Virus record (IMG/VR): IMGVR_UViG_3300045988_140943 | DNA length: 47,256 nt | Strand: one strand, 5' to 3' | Source: a virus | Shown: in pieces, positions 19,543 to 26,862 of the stretch | How positions within the stretch are numbered: position 1 is the stretch's first letter | How the letters are laid out: every line of letters starts with the position of its first letter | The notes under the pieces: generated by a model | Told to the model about the DNA's origin: nothing | Databases searched by the model: none | The model's input: only the letters and a program-made list of their open reading frames with translations | Translations under genes and position numbers: made by a program

Positions 19543-20361
19543 ATGACGATGAAAGGTATCGATGTATCTCATTATCAGGGGCAAATTGACTATGATAAGG
19601 TCAAGGCAGCAGGGTATGAATTTGTTATGATTAACGCGGGGTACGGTAAATATCTACACCAAAAAGATTCTTACTTTGAGGTTAACTACAAAAATGCAAA
19701 ATCAGCTGGACTTAAGGTAGGAGCTTATTGGTATTCCTACGCTATTTCAGAAAATGACGCCAAGGAAGAGGCTAAGGTATTTAAGCAAGTTATCAAAGGT
19801 AAGAAATTTGAAATGCCAGTGGTATTTGATATTGAAGATAAGGTGCAGAAAGAAATTTCCCAGAAAAGAATAGGTCAGATTGTAACAGCTTTTTGTACGT
19901 CAATGGAAAAATCTGGTTATTTCTGTTCACTTTATAGTTATGCCGATTGGCTGAAAAGAAAAGTGCCTTTAGCTGTAAGAAAAAGATTTGATGTATGGGT
20001 AGCACATTTCGGAGTTTCAAAACCAGATTACACTGCTCCCCATGGAATGTGGCAATATACAAGTGCAGCTTCAGTTCCAGGGGTGCATACCCGATGTGAT
20101 TGTAACATAGCTTATAAAGACTATCCGACAATTATCAAAAACAAAGGGTTAAATGGGTTCAGTAAAAAATCTAATGATTCTTCAAAAACAAATAACAAGC
20201 CTGATAGTTCCGAAAAAGTTATTACTTATGTTGTAAAAAAAGGAGATACTTTGTCTGCAATAGCTGCTAAGTATAAGACTTCTGTTTCAAAGTTGGTAAA
20301 GGATAATTCAATAAAGAATCCAGATCTTATTTATCCGGGTCAAAAAATAAAGATTAAGTAA
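19543..20361 (+). CDS. endolysin: GH25 muramidase plus C-terminal LysM
   Basis: [29 protein letters not shown] (GH25); [43 protein letters not shown] (LysM). Confidence 0.9.
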   Translation: MTMKGIDVSHYQGQIDYDKVKAAGYEFVMINAGYGKYLHQKDSYFEVNYKNAKSAGLKVGAYWYSYAISENDAKEEAKVFKQVIKGKKFEMPVVFDIEDKVQKEISQKRIGQIVTAFCTSMEKSGYFCSLYSYADWLKRKVPLAVRKRFDVWVAHFGVSKPDYTAPHGMWQYTSAASVPGVHTRCDCNIAYKDYPTIIKNKGLNGFSKKSNDSSKTNNKPDSSEKVITYVVKKGDTLSAIAAKYKTSVSKLVKDNSIKNPDLIYPGQKIKIK

Positions 20362-20376
20362 GTGAGGTGTTGTTAT

Positions 20377-20673
20377 TTGGATGGAGCAACGATTACATTC
20401 TTAATCGGAGTTATCTCTTGTATTATTGGTATTTTGACTTTTATTTCTGGACGTATTTCAAAAGCTGAGCAAGATGGAAGGTTATCTGAAAAACTTGATA
20501 CTTGTGCAAAAGGTATTGAGGAAATTAAAGTAAAATTAGACGGGCAAGAGTCCATTCAAAATCAGCAAAATGTTATGATTAACTCTCACGAAATAATTAT
20601 AAAAAATCATACAGAAAAGATTGAACATATTGAAAATACCTTGGAAAGTTTAAAGGGAGGTAGCCATCAATGA
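20377..20673 (+). CDS. N-terminally anchored coiled-coil membrane protein (lysis accessory?)
   Basis: TM ITFLIGVISCIIGILTFI then a heptad-like segment; TTG 20377 after GAGGTG (track start GTG 20362). Confidence 0.55.
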   Translation: MDGATITFLIGVISCIIGILTFISGRISKAEQDGRLSEKLDTCAKGIEEIKVKLDGQESIQNQQNVMINSHEIIIKNHTEKIEHIENTLESLKGGSHQ

Positions 20674-20963
20674 ACCCTGAGAAGGAAAATGCTTTAAATG
20701 AAAGCTTGGCTATGACGAAGTTAACGATTGATCTTTTAAATCAAAAGAAAAAAGATTCTTTAAGATTATGGATAGTAATTATCATAATGATAATCGTAAA
20801 TTTAGTGGAAGCAGGTTTATTTGTCTGGTATGAACTGCAATACGAAGATGTAAGTACTGTTACTACTACGACAACAACAGAAGATATAGATCAAAATGCA
20901 GAAAGTGGCAATAACGTTTACCAAGCTGGAGAAAATGCACAATATAATGAAGGAAATGAATAA
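20670..20963 (+). CDS. single-TM membrane protein with an acidic, Thr-rich tail
   Basis: LWIVIIIMIIVNLVEAGLFVWY; ATGA overlap with the upstream gene. Confidence 0.6.
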   Translation: MNPEKENALNESLAMTKLTIDLLNQKKKDSLRLWIVIIIMIIVNLVEAGLFVWYELQYEDVSTVTTTTTTEDIDQNAESGNNVYQAGENAQYNEGNE

Positions 20964-21070
20964 TGGCACGACAACACATAAGAAGAACAACTACAGTTGT
21001 AACTACTAAAACGGTAAGACGACGGCGTTCTGGTGGTGCAACTAAGAGAAGAAGACGAAGGAAGCCATAG
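20963..21070 (+). CDS. 35-aa extremely Arg-rich peptide
   Basis: MARQHIRRTTTVVTTKTVRRRRSGGATKRRRRRKP; start coupled by TAATG. Confidence 0.4.
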   Translation: MARQHIRRTTTVVTTKTVRRRRSGGATKRRRRRKP

Positions 21071-21080
21071 GTGATGTTAT

Positions 21081-21313
21081 TTGAGTTCAGAACATATTAA
21101 TACAAGGAATAAACTGAAATCAATTCCAAAGGTTGCAACTTTTATGGAATTACTGGATTCTTGTACTTTAAGTGATGAGGATAAACAAATAGTTAAAATG
21201 TATTATCTTCAAAATAAATCTATTGCTACATTGCAGATATTCTTGGGTATTCGGAATCTAATATCAAGAAACGGCACAATAAAATTTTAAACAAGTTAAG
21301 CAAATTAATTTAA
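21081..21313 (+). pseudogene. sigma-70 region-4 / YlxM-like HTH regulator with a broken reading frame (segments 21081..21230 and 21230..21313)
   Basis: Frame 1 gives ..LSDEDKQIVKMYYLQNKSIAT, then nonsense. The -1 frame from 21230 gives IADILGYSESNIKKRHNKILNKLSKLI with its stop at 21311..21313, just before the terminator. Confidence 0.65.
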
Positions 21314-21324
21314 TATAAATTCAG

Positions 21325-21367
21325 ATAAGACCTACTGGTATTAATTTACTGGTAGGTCTTATTTTTA
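21325..21367 (+). terminator. rho-independent terminator closing the late/lysis block
   Basis: 11-bp stem ataagacctac/gtaggtcttat followed by tttttat. Confidence 0.8.
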
Positions 21368-21389
21368 TACTTTCGTTAACCTTCTAGTA

Positions 21390-21418
21390 TATTTATTGTT
21401 TGTAAATTGTGTTATAAT
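21390..21418 (+). promoter_or_regulatory. promoter P4 (extended -10 TGtTATAAT, poor -35)
   Basis: tgtgttataat is identical to the -10 region of the other cassettes; TATAAT at 21413..21418. Confidence 0.55.
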
Positions 21419-21451
21419 ATAATTAAATAAAAACCATAAGGAGTGATTAAA

Positions 21452-21994
21452 ATGTATAATGGATTCTACAATCCCATGTTAAATGCTCAGCAAAGATTAA
21501 ATCAGATGGAGCAACAATATCCACAATTTGCAAATAACAATCCAATGTTTCAAAATCCTCAACCAATGCAAAATCAAATGCAGCCTATAAGCAATATTCT
21601 GAAAGGTAGAGCTGTTACAAGTATTGACGAAGCAAAAGCAGCAATGATTGATTTAGATGGATCGGTATTTGTATTCCCCGATATTGCAAATAAAAAGATC
21701 TACACAAAACAGATCAATCTTGACGGTACAGCTTCTTTAAATGTATATGGTTTAGAAGAACCTATTATAAACAGCCAACCAAAAGTAGAAAATATTTCTA
21801 TGGTAACAAAAGAAGAATTTGACAATGTGGTTACACAATTAACCAACCACATAAAAGTTCTAGAACAAAAATTAAATTCTGAGGTGATAAATAATGTTCA
21901 ATCCTATGCAGATAATGATGTTCCAAATGCAAAATCAGTTAATGAACAATCCTTTGTTCAAGAGAGCCCAAGAAATGGCAAATGGAAAAAGTGA
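21452..21994 (+). CDS. Q/N/M/P-rich protein, unknown function
   Basis: AAGGAG SD before ATG 21452; low-complexity N-terminus, then LKGRAVTSIDEAKAAMIDLDGSVFVFPD..IYTKQINLDGTASLNVY. Confidence 0.7.
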   Translation: MYNGFYNPMLNAQQRLNQMEQQYPQFANNNPMFQNPQPMQNQMQPISNILKGRAVTSIDEAKAAMIDLDGSVFVFPDIANKKIYTKQINLDGTASLNVYGLEEPIINSQPKVENISMVTKEEFDNVVTQLTNHIKVLEQKLNSEVINNVQSYADNDVPNAKSVNEQSFVQESPRNGKWKK

Positions 21995-22097
21995 GCAAGA
22001 ATTAGAGCAAATTGCCAAAAATTTATGTCAACAACGTGGAATAAATTTAGATGAAGCAAAAAACCAATTTGCTCAAATGTTTAATCAGAGGAAATAA
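21894..22097 (+). CDS. 67-aa Q/N/M-rich protein, unknown function
   Basis: GAGGTGA SD 7 nt upstream; overlaps the upstream ORF by 101 nt out of frame. Confidence 0.6.
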   Translation: MFNPMQIMMFQMQNQLMNNPLFKRAQEMANGKSEQELEQIAKNLCQQRGINLDEAKNQFAQMFNQRK

Positions 22098-22152
22098 TCG
22101 TAGCCCATACGATTATATAAATTTATTTTATTTTCAAAAGGAGGAATGATTT

Positions 22153-22830
22153 ATGGGTATGGAAGGTTCCGGTTTATCCGTAGCAGATGCTCTTGCTCTT
22201 CAAGACAGAGGCACAAACGATAATATGTTTGGTGGCAATGGTGCTTGGGTATTTTTCCTGTTCTTCTTGCTTGCTTGGGGCGGCAATGGAATCTGGGGTA
22301 ACAGAGGAAATGCAGATCTGCAAGGAGCTCTTACAAGAGCTGATCTTTGTCAGGATATGAATTTCCAAAGTCTTGAGAATTCTGTAAGAGGAATCCAGAG
22401 TGGTCTTTGTGATGGATTCTATGCAATGAACACAACTGCTCTTCAGGGGTTCAATGGTATTTCAAGAGATGTTGCTCAAGGCTTTGCTAATACCAATGCG
22501 GGCATTACAGATCTTGGCTACCAGATGAAGACTTGCTGTTGCGAAACAAACAGAAATATCGATGCTGTTCGCTATGAGAATGCACAAAATACTTGTGCCA
22601 TTACAAATGCAATTCATGCAGAGGGTGAACAGACAAGAGCCCTTATCCAGACAAATGAGATCCAAGCTCTCAGAGATAAGGTTGCTGATTTACAGCTTGC
22701 TCAGAGTCAATGTGCTCAAAATGCTTATCTTGTTGATAAGCTTCAGCCTGTTGCTCGTCCGGCATACATTACTTGTAGCCCTTATGCAACTAATACTTGT
22801 GGTTATGGCTGCGGCAACTATTCAATGTAA
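22153..22830 (+). CDS. Gly/Trp-rich membrane protein with Cys clusters and a coiled-coil segment
   Basis: AAGGAGG SD; GGNGAWVFFLFFLLAWGGNGIWGNRGN, CCCETN, C-terminal CSPYATNTCGYGCGNY. Confidence 0.75.
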   Translation: MGMEGSGLSVADALALQDRGTNDNMFGGNGAWVFFLFFLLAWGGNGIWGNRGNADLQGALTRADLCQDMNFQSLENSVRGIQSGLCDGFYAMNTTALQGFNGISRDVAQGFANTNAGITDLGYQMKTCCCETNRNIDAVRYENAQNTCAITNAIHAEGEQTRALIQTNEIQALRDKVADLQLAQSQCAQNAYLVDKLQPVARPAYITCSPYATNTCGYGCGNYSM

Positions 22831-23051
22831 TGGATTCTCTTCACGGAGATGAAAGCCAATTAGGTTTATTAGATATTCTAGCTATGGTTAGCTTTTGTAT
22901 TCAGTTGATGAATATGGAAAAGAACGCCAAACAGCTTAGCAATGACGATATAATGGAAGAATTGCAAAGGCAAGATGGGCAATATCTAGAAACAATAATT
23001 GGCAATCAAAATAAAATTATGAGTATGTTGGAGAAACTCCAAACCAATTGA
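22830..23051 (+). CDS. 73-aa protein with one hydrophobic segment
   Basis: TAATG coupling; LGLLDILAMVSFCIQLMN. Confidence 0.6.
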   Translation: MDSLHGDESQLGLLDILAMVSFCIQLMNMEKNAKQLSNDDIMEELQRQDGQYLETIIGNQNKIMSMLEKLQTN

Positions 23052-23075
23052 TGGCTTGCTCAAATAATTTTTAAG

Positions 23076-23109
23076 GAGGGTAAGTTAATCTTGCCCTCTT
23101 ATTTTTTTT
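23076..23109 (+). terminator. rho-independent terminator
   Basis: gagggtaag/cttgccctc stem, loop ttaat, then a T8-containing tract. Confidence 0.8.
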
Positions 23110-23125
23110 AAGGAGGTTTTTAATT

Positions 23126-23549
23126 ATGATTAACTCAGTAAACACTTCAACACAAACGGTAAATGACACCCAGCCAGTAGTATTTACTTCAAGTAATGTA
23201 AGAACTCGTTCTTGCAGGTCTTGCTGTGGAGGTTGGCTTTCTCACACAGATAACTCAGGCCTTTTTCACGATTACAGAACCAGGTATTTATGAGGTATCA
23301 TTTAATGCTGATGTAGCCCAACCAACTACAGCTGGTGCAATTACTCTTGATATTGCTCAAGGTGGCACTACAATCCCTGGAGGCAGAATGATAACAACCC
23401 CAACTGTTATCAATGCTTTCTTTAATGTTTCTTCAAGTGTTCTGGTAAAGGTAAATTGCAGAGAAACAGCTGCTATCAGTGTTATTAATAACTCAGGTAC
23501 AGATATCACAGCTCAACAAGCAAGTTTGACAATTAAAAGACTTTGTTAA
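23126..23549 (+). pseudogene. C1q/TNF-like (BclA C-terminal-domain-like) protein split by a +1 frame change at a T5 run
   Basis: AAGGAGG plus ATG 23126 gives MINSVNTSTQTVNDTQPVVF..SHTDNSGLF, then a stop at 23291. The +1 frame continues FTITEPGIYEVSFNADV...ASLTIKRLC to 23549. The frames meet at ttttt 23262..23266. Confidence 0.65.
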
Positions 23550-23565
23550 TTGGAGGTGAAAGCAA

Positions 23566-24147
23566 ATGCTGATTAATGGTCAAGAAGGATCGGCTGCAAA
23601 TTATTCAGAAATGTCTCCAATAGAAATCTTTGAGAAAATCAATAATCATCAGCTTAAGGGAATTATGTTCCATGATAGTTTGATCTCGTTGTTTGACTTC
23701 TTGTATCTTCCCGGATTTAAGCGTTGGCAAATGTGCCAGCTTAGGTCTGAATCCGAAGAACGTTGTGAATTCAAGCATTATGTAATGAGGAACCATCATA
23801 AACTTCTTAAAGATGCTCCTGACACTAAAGAAGAAATTATCCCCGAAGATTGGTATCAATATACTAGATTTGATGTTACCCCACAACTTAGAAGACAGTA
23901 TGTGGAAAGTGCATTTATCAAATATAAGGAATGGGAAAATAAGACCAAAGTTTTGTATGAACAATGTTCAAAAGTCCTTTATGATAATGGTAATATTTTA
24001 GATGCTTGTAAAGTTCAGGAGTTGGCAGAAGATGTGGAAGAAGAATTGGCTTGTGTCAATAAGTACTACCTCAAACTTAAAGCTGTTGGGTTTGATTCTG
24101 AATTTATTTATGAAATGCAAGAACATTTTCACAAGAAATATAAATAA
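23566..24147 (+). CDS. hypothetical helical protein (possibly ferritin-like four-helix bundle)
   Basis: GGAGGTGA SD; 193 aa; helical, His/Glu-containing repeats; no firm motif. Confidence 0.7.
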   Translation: MLINGQEGSAANYSEMSPIEIFEKINNHQLKGIMFHDSLISLFDFLYLPGFKRWQMCQLRSESEERCEFKHYVMRNHHKLLKDAPDTKEEIIPEDWYQYTRFDVTPQLRRQYVESAFIKYKEWENKTKVLYEQCSKVLYDNGNILDACKVQELAEDVEEELACVNKYYLKLKAVGFDSEFIYEMQEHFHKKYK

Positions 24148-24154
24148 ATGATAT

Positions 24155-24188
24155 AAGGCCACCTATTCTGGGTGGCTTTTTATTTTGT
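24155..24188 (+). terminator. rho-independent terminator
   Basis: aaggccacc/ggtggcttt stem (one G-U), loop tattctg, then ttttatttt. Confidence 0.8.
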
Positions 24189-24247
24189 AAACAATTTGTT
24201 AAATATATCATTTGCCTATTTACAAATGCCAAAATCTGTGATATAAT
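24186..24247 (+). promoter_or_regulatory. promoter cassette P5 (two upstream elements)
   Basis: TGTAAACA at 24186, TGTTAAAT at 24197, TTTACA 24219..24224, 17-nt spacer, TGaTATAAT ending at 24247. Confidence 0.8.
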
Positions 24248-24304
24248 ATAAACATAATAAAACATAAGATAAAACCTAATAAAACTTACGGAGGTAAATT
24301 AAAA

Positions 24305-24517
24305 ATGATGAAGGTAACAAAAACAACATTTTCAATGATAGTAAAGAACAGATATGAGGCTAACAAAAAGGTTGCAATGCTCCAGAAGAAACTTAAGAGT
24401 GGTAAATGGGGAAAGCCAGTTTCATATGAAATGTTTAGTGGAGAAAAGAATTCCGAAGATGTTCTTGCAAGGATTGAAAAACTCAATCCTGGTTATGAAT
24501 GGAGAGTTGCAGAATAA
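24305..24517 (+). CDS. hypothetical 70-aa protein
   Basis: cttacggaggtaaat SD cassette. Confidence 0.75.
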   Translation: MMKVTKTTFSMIVKNRYEANKKVAMLQKKLKSGKWGKPVSYEMFSGEKNSEDVLARIEKLNPGYEWRVAE

Positions 24518-24531
24518 GCTTAATTATATAA

Positions 24532-24588
24532 ATTCCCCTGATGAGTCTCGGAAGATTGAGACGAAACTCCCGAAAGGGAGTCGGGAAT
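24532..24588 (+). ncRNA. hammerhead self-cleaving ribozyme, type I topology (stem I open)
   Basis: Stem I AUUCCC/GGGAAU; core CUGAUGA 24538..24544; stem II GUCUC/GAGAC with loop GGAAGAUU; GAAA 24563..24566; stem III CUCCC/GGGAG with a GAAA tetraloop; GUC triplet with predicted cleavage after C24582. Confidence 0.9.
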
Positions 24589-24625
24589 AAAATCCAACAA
24601 ATAAAATTTACGGAGGTAAAAAACT

Positions 24626-24823
24626 ATGGCAAACTTTAATTATGAATGGTGGACAGTTTCAGTTAAATGTTTAACTGGTGTATATTCATACGAATTCAAG
24701 ACAAAGAATAAGCAGAACGTTATCCGCCAAATTAAAAAGCTGGAAAAAGAAGACTTCAGTATAGTAGAAATTTTCTGGGATACGTTAAAGCTTGATAGAG
24801 TTGGTTATCAAAGATTAAGCTAA
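24626..24823 (+). CDS. hypothetical 65-aa protein
   Basis: tttacggaggtaaaa SD but no promoter; sits 43 nt downstream of the predicted ribozyme cleavage site. Confidence 0.75.
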   Translation: MANFNYEWWTVSVKCLTGVYSYEFKTKNKQNVIRQIKKLEKEDFSIVEIFWDTLKLDRVGYQRLS

Positions 24824-24927
24824 TAAAAAGTAACTGTAAGTCTTATTGTTAGGTGGGATAATGGTAGCGGACTTAATTGTTATTTATGGTGAGAATATTA
24901 TTTGTAAGATATAAAGGAGGAAATACT

Positions 24928-25338
24928 ATGAAAGAAATGGTATATAAACAATTTGACGAGAATGGACAAAAGATTATTGATATGCTTGACGAAGGAGTTT
25001 ACAATGACTTTCATTATGCCATAGTTTCTTATGGCACTCACCCTTGTGCTTATGTTGAAATTCCAGAGGGACATGGGTTATATGATGTTAGTGATGAAGA
25101 TGAGCTTGTTAATATTGATTGTCATGGCGGTATTACTTATGTTTCTAAAACAGGACTCATTAGACCTAGTAATAAGAACTATAGAGATGGATGTTGGATA
25201 GGTTGGGATTATGCACACTGCATGGACTATTATTGTTCGCCTTATAATTTTGAATTTTTTAATGAGGGCAAGAAATGGACAACTAAAGAAATATTTGAGG
25301 AAGTTAAAGACGTTATTAAACAGCTAACAAAAAAGTAA
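24928..25338 (+). CDS. hypothetical protein (conserved phage-type HPCAYV..HGGITY..GWDYAH pattern)
   Basis: AAAGGAGG SD before ATG 24928 (the track start at 24877 lacks an SD). Confidence 0.75.
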   Translation: MKEMVYKQFDENGQKIIDMLDEGVYNDFHYAIVSYGTHPCAYVEIPEGHGLYDVSDEDELVNIDCHGGITYVSKTGLIRPSNKNYRDGCWIGWDYAHCMDYYCSPYNFEFFNEGKKWTTKEIFEEVKDVIKQLTKK

Positions 25339-25350
25339 ATGTTAACTTTC

Positions 25351-25401
25351 TGTAAATTCTGATAAAAACCTATTTACAAATTACTGAAGGTGTGATATAA
25401 T
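25351..25401 (+). promoter_or_regulatory. promoter cassette P6
   Basis: TGTAAATT at 25351, TTTACA 25373..25378, 17-nt spacer, TGaTATAAT ending at 25401. Confidence 0.8.
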
Positions 25402-25483
25402 AAATATATAAAATAAAACAAGAATAAATCACTTGAAAGAATCAAGTCGATAATGAACGGTAAATCTTATGGAGGTAAATCAA

Positions 25484-25843
25484 ATGGAAGTTAAAACTTT
25501 AAAAGAGATCGCTGTAGCAGATGCTATTAATATGCCTTATCTAATAATTGATATGGCTACACCCGTTAAGGGTTATGAAAAATACAATTTTCATAGAGGA
25601 ATGAGATGTAAGGTTAATGGCTTTCCATTTGAGCTTATGTCAGAAAATGAAGAATTATCTTTGGAAGCGGAGGCAATTTCAATAACCAGATGGAGGCAAA
25701 AGGAATCAAACACTCTTAAGCTTATTCCTGAATTTAAAGGTGGAGAAACTATTGCAATCATAAAAATATTTGATGGTTATGCAAAAGCTTTTACATATAC
25801 TCTTCCCAACAAAGTACGGCAGCAATCTTTCATAATCAAATAA
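25484..25843 (+). CDS. hypothetical protein
   Basis: ATG 25484 follows cttatggaggtaaat. The track start at 25469 is the ATG inside that SD motif. Confidence 0.75.
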   Translation: MEVKTLKEIAVADAINMPYLIIDMATPVKGYEKYNFHRGMRCKVNGFPFELMSENEELSLEAEAISITRWRQKESNTLKLIPEFKGGETIAIIKIFDGYAKAFTYTLPNKVRQQSFIIK

Positions 25844-25886
25844 AATTTTGGTGTAAGTGAAGCGATAACACTTAAAACACTAATAT

Positions 25887-25973
25887 GCCTCTGTGGTGGA
25901 ATTGGTAGACACAAAGGACTTAAAATCCTTCGGAGTAAAACCCGTACCGGTTCAAATCCGGTTAGAGGTACCA
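25887..25973 (+). tRNA. tRNA-Leu (anticodon UAA), type II with a long variable arm, CCA encoded
   Basis: Hand fold: acceptor GCCTCTG/TAGAGGT (two G-U), D GTG/CAC, anticodon stem AAGGA/TCCTT with loop CTTAAAA, variable CGG..CCG, T arm ACCGG-TTCAAAT-CCGGT, then ACCA. Confidence 0.85.
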
Positions 25974-26207
25974 TTAAGTTCGACAGATAAAAACTTGTGT
26001 TGTGAGCACATAAGAACATTTTAGAACTTATTCTTGTACATTGAGCAAGTACAAGGAGGTGGACGAACTGGTTGTATAACTCTTTTTACAACATAATATT
26101 GGACAAAAATATCAAGTACGCCAATCAATATGATTTTATTACGGCTTTTGAAGAATATCATACATACAGCTCCCAATGCCTATGAGGTTAAATTAGGTAG
26201 TCCACTT

Positions 26208-26283
26208 TGGGATATAGCCAAGAGGTAAGGCAACGGACTTTGACTCCGTCATTCCACTGGTTCGAATCCAGTTATCCCAACCA
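26208..26283 (+). tRNA. tRNA-Gln (anticodon UUG), CCA encoded
   Basis: Hand fold: acceptor TGGGATA/TATCCCA (U1-A72), anticodon stem ACGGA/TCCGT with loop CTTTGAC, T arm ACTGG-TTCGAAT-CCAGT, then ACCA. Confidence 0.85.
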
Positions 26284-26331
26284 ATACTCTTAAACATTCA
26301 AGAGGGATAATAAAATACGGAGGTAAATATT

Positions 26332-26862
26332 ATGGAACCTTATACAAAAGAATGCTTGGAAAGCTATACGGTTGCAGATCTCAGAAAGATTGCTAAAAAC
26401 TTTCATATTGTTGGCAGATGGGAGATGAATAAATCCGATCTTATAATGTACATTCTGTTAGCCCAGAAAGATTGGGAGATTAGAAAAGAATCCTGTCTTA
26501 ATGCAACTGAAGTTTATGAAGCAGAAAAGAAACAGCCTGAAAAAGAGCAGACTGAAGAAACTCTTGAGGATAAGAAAATTCTGCAAGATAATTTCAACAA
26601 CAATCACTCAAAATACTTAGCTAATATTGAAGTTGGAAGGCTGGTTGCTTTTAATGACCATAATATGGGAATCGTAAGAGCAGCCCGAGTTGTAAATATC
26701 TCTCAGAAAAGACAGCAGCTTAAGGTCATTGATATTTATGGAAGTGTTGAGGTAATATCTTTCGAGCAAGTTGCTTGGGTAAAAACAGGAAAGCGTTGGC
26801 CAAGAAGATTGTTCCACCTTATTAGATGTGGTCAGCTTCTTCAATATATGCTTAGAAATTAG
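26332..26862 (+). CDS. hypothetical protein with an N-terminal Rho_N/SAP-like motif
   Basis: acggaggtaaat SD; YTVADLRKIAKNFHIVGRWEMNKSDLIMYIL. Confidence 0.75.
   Translation: MEPYTKECLESYTVADLRKIAKNFHIVGRWEMNKSDLIMYILLAQKDWEIRKESCLNATEVYEAEKKQPEKEQTEETLEDKKILQDNFNNNHSKYLANIEVGRLVAFNDHNMGIVRAARVVNISQKRQQLKVIDIYGSVEVISFEQVAWVKTGKRWPRRLFHLIRCGQLLQYMLRN

Noticed and set aside
24354-24590. 78-aa ORF covering the ribozyme region
   Set aside because: It is out of frame with, and nested in, ORF 24305..24517, and it has no SD. Its 3' part is the hammerhead sequence itself.
24824-24927. Possible structured RNA or tRNA fragment (taagtct...ggactta stem; aatggtagcggacttaa resembles the D-loop and anticodon arm of the Leu tRNA)
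   Set aside because: No complete cloverleaf or known ribozyme core could be built. At most it is a degraded tRNA remnant, which is too weak to call.
25469-25483. Upstream ATG start for ORF 25484..25843
   Set aside because: That ATG is part of the conserved cttatggaggtaaat ribosome-site motif. The properly spaced start is ATG 25484.
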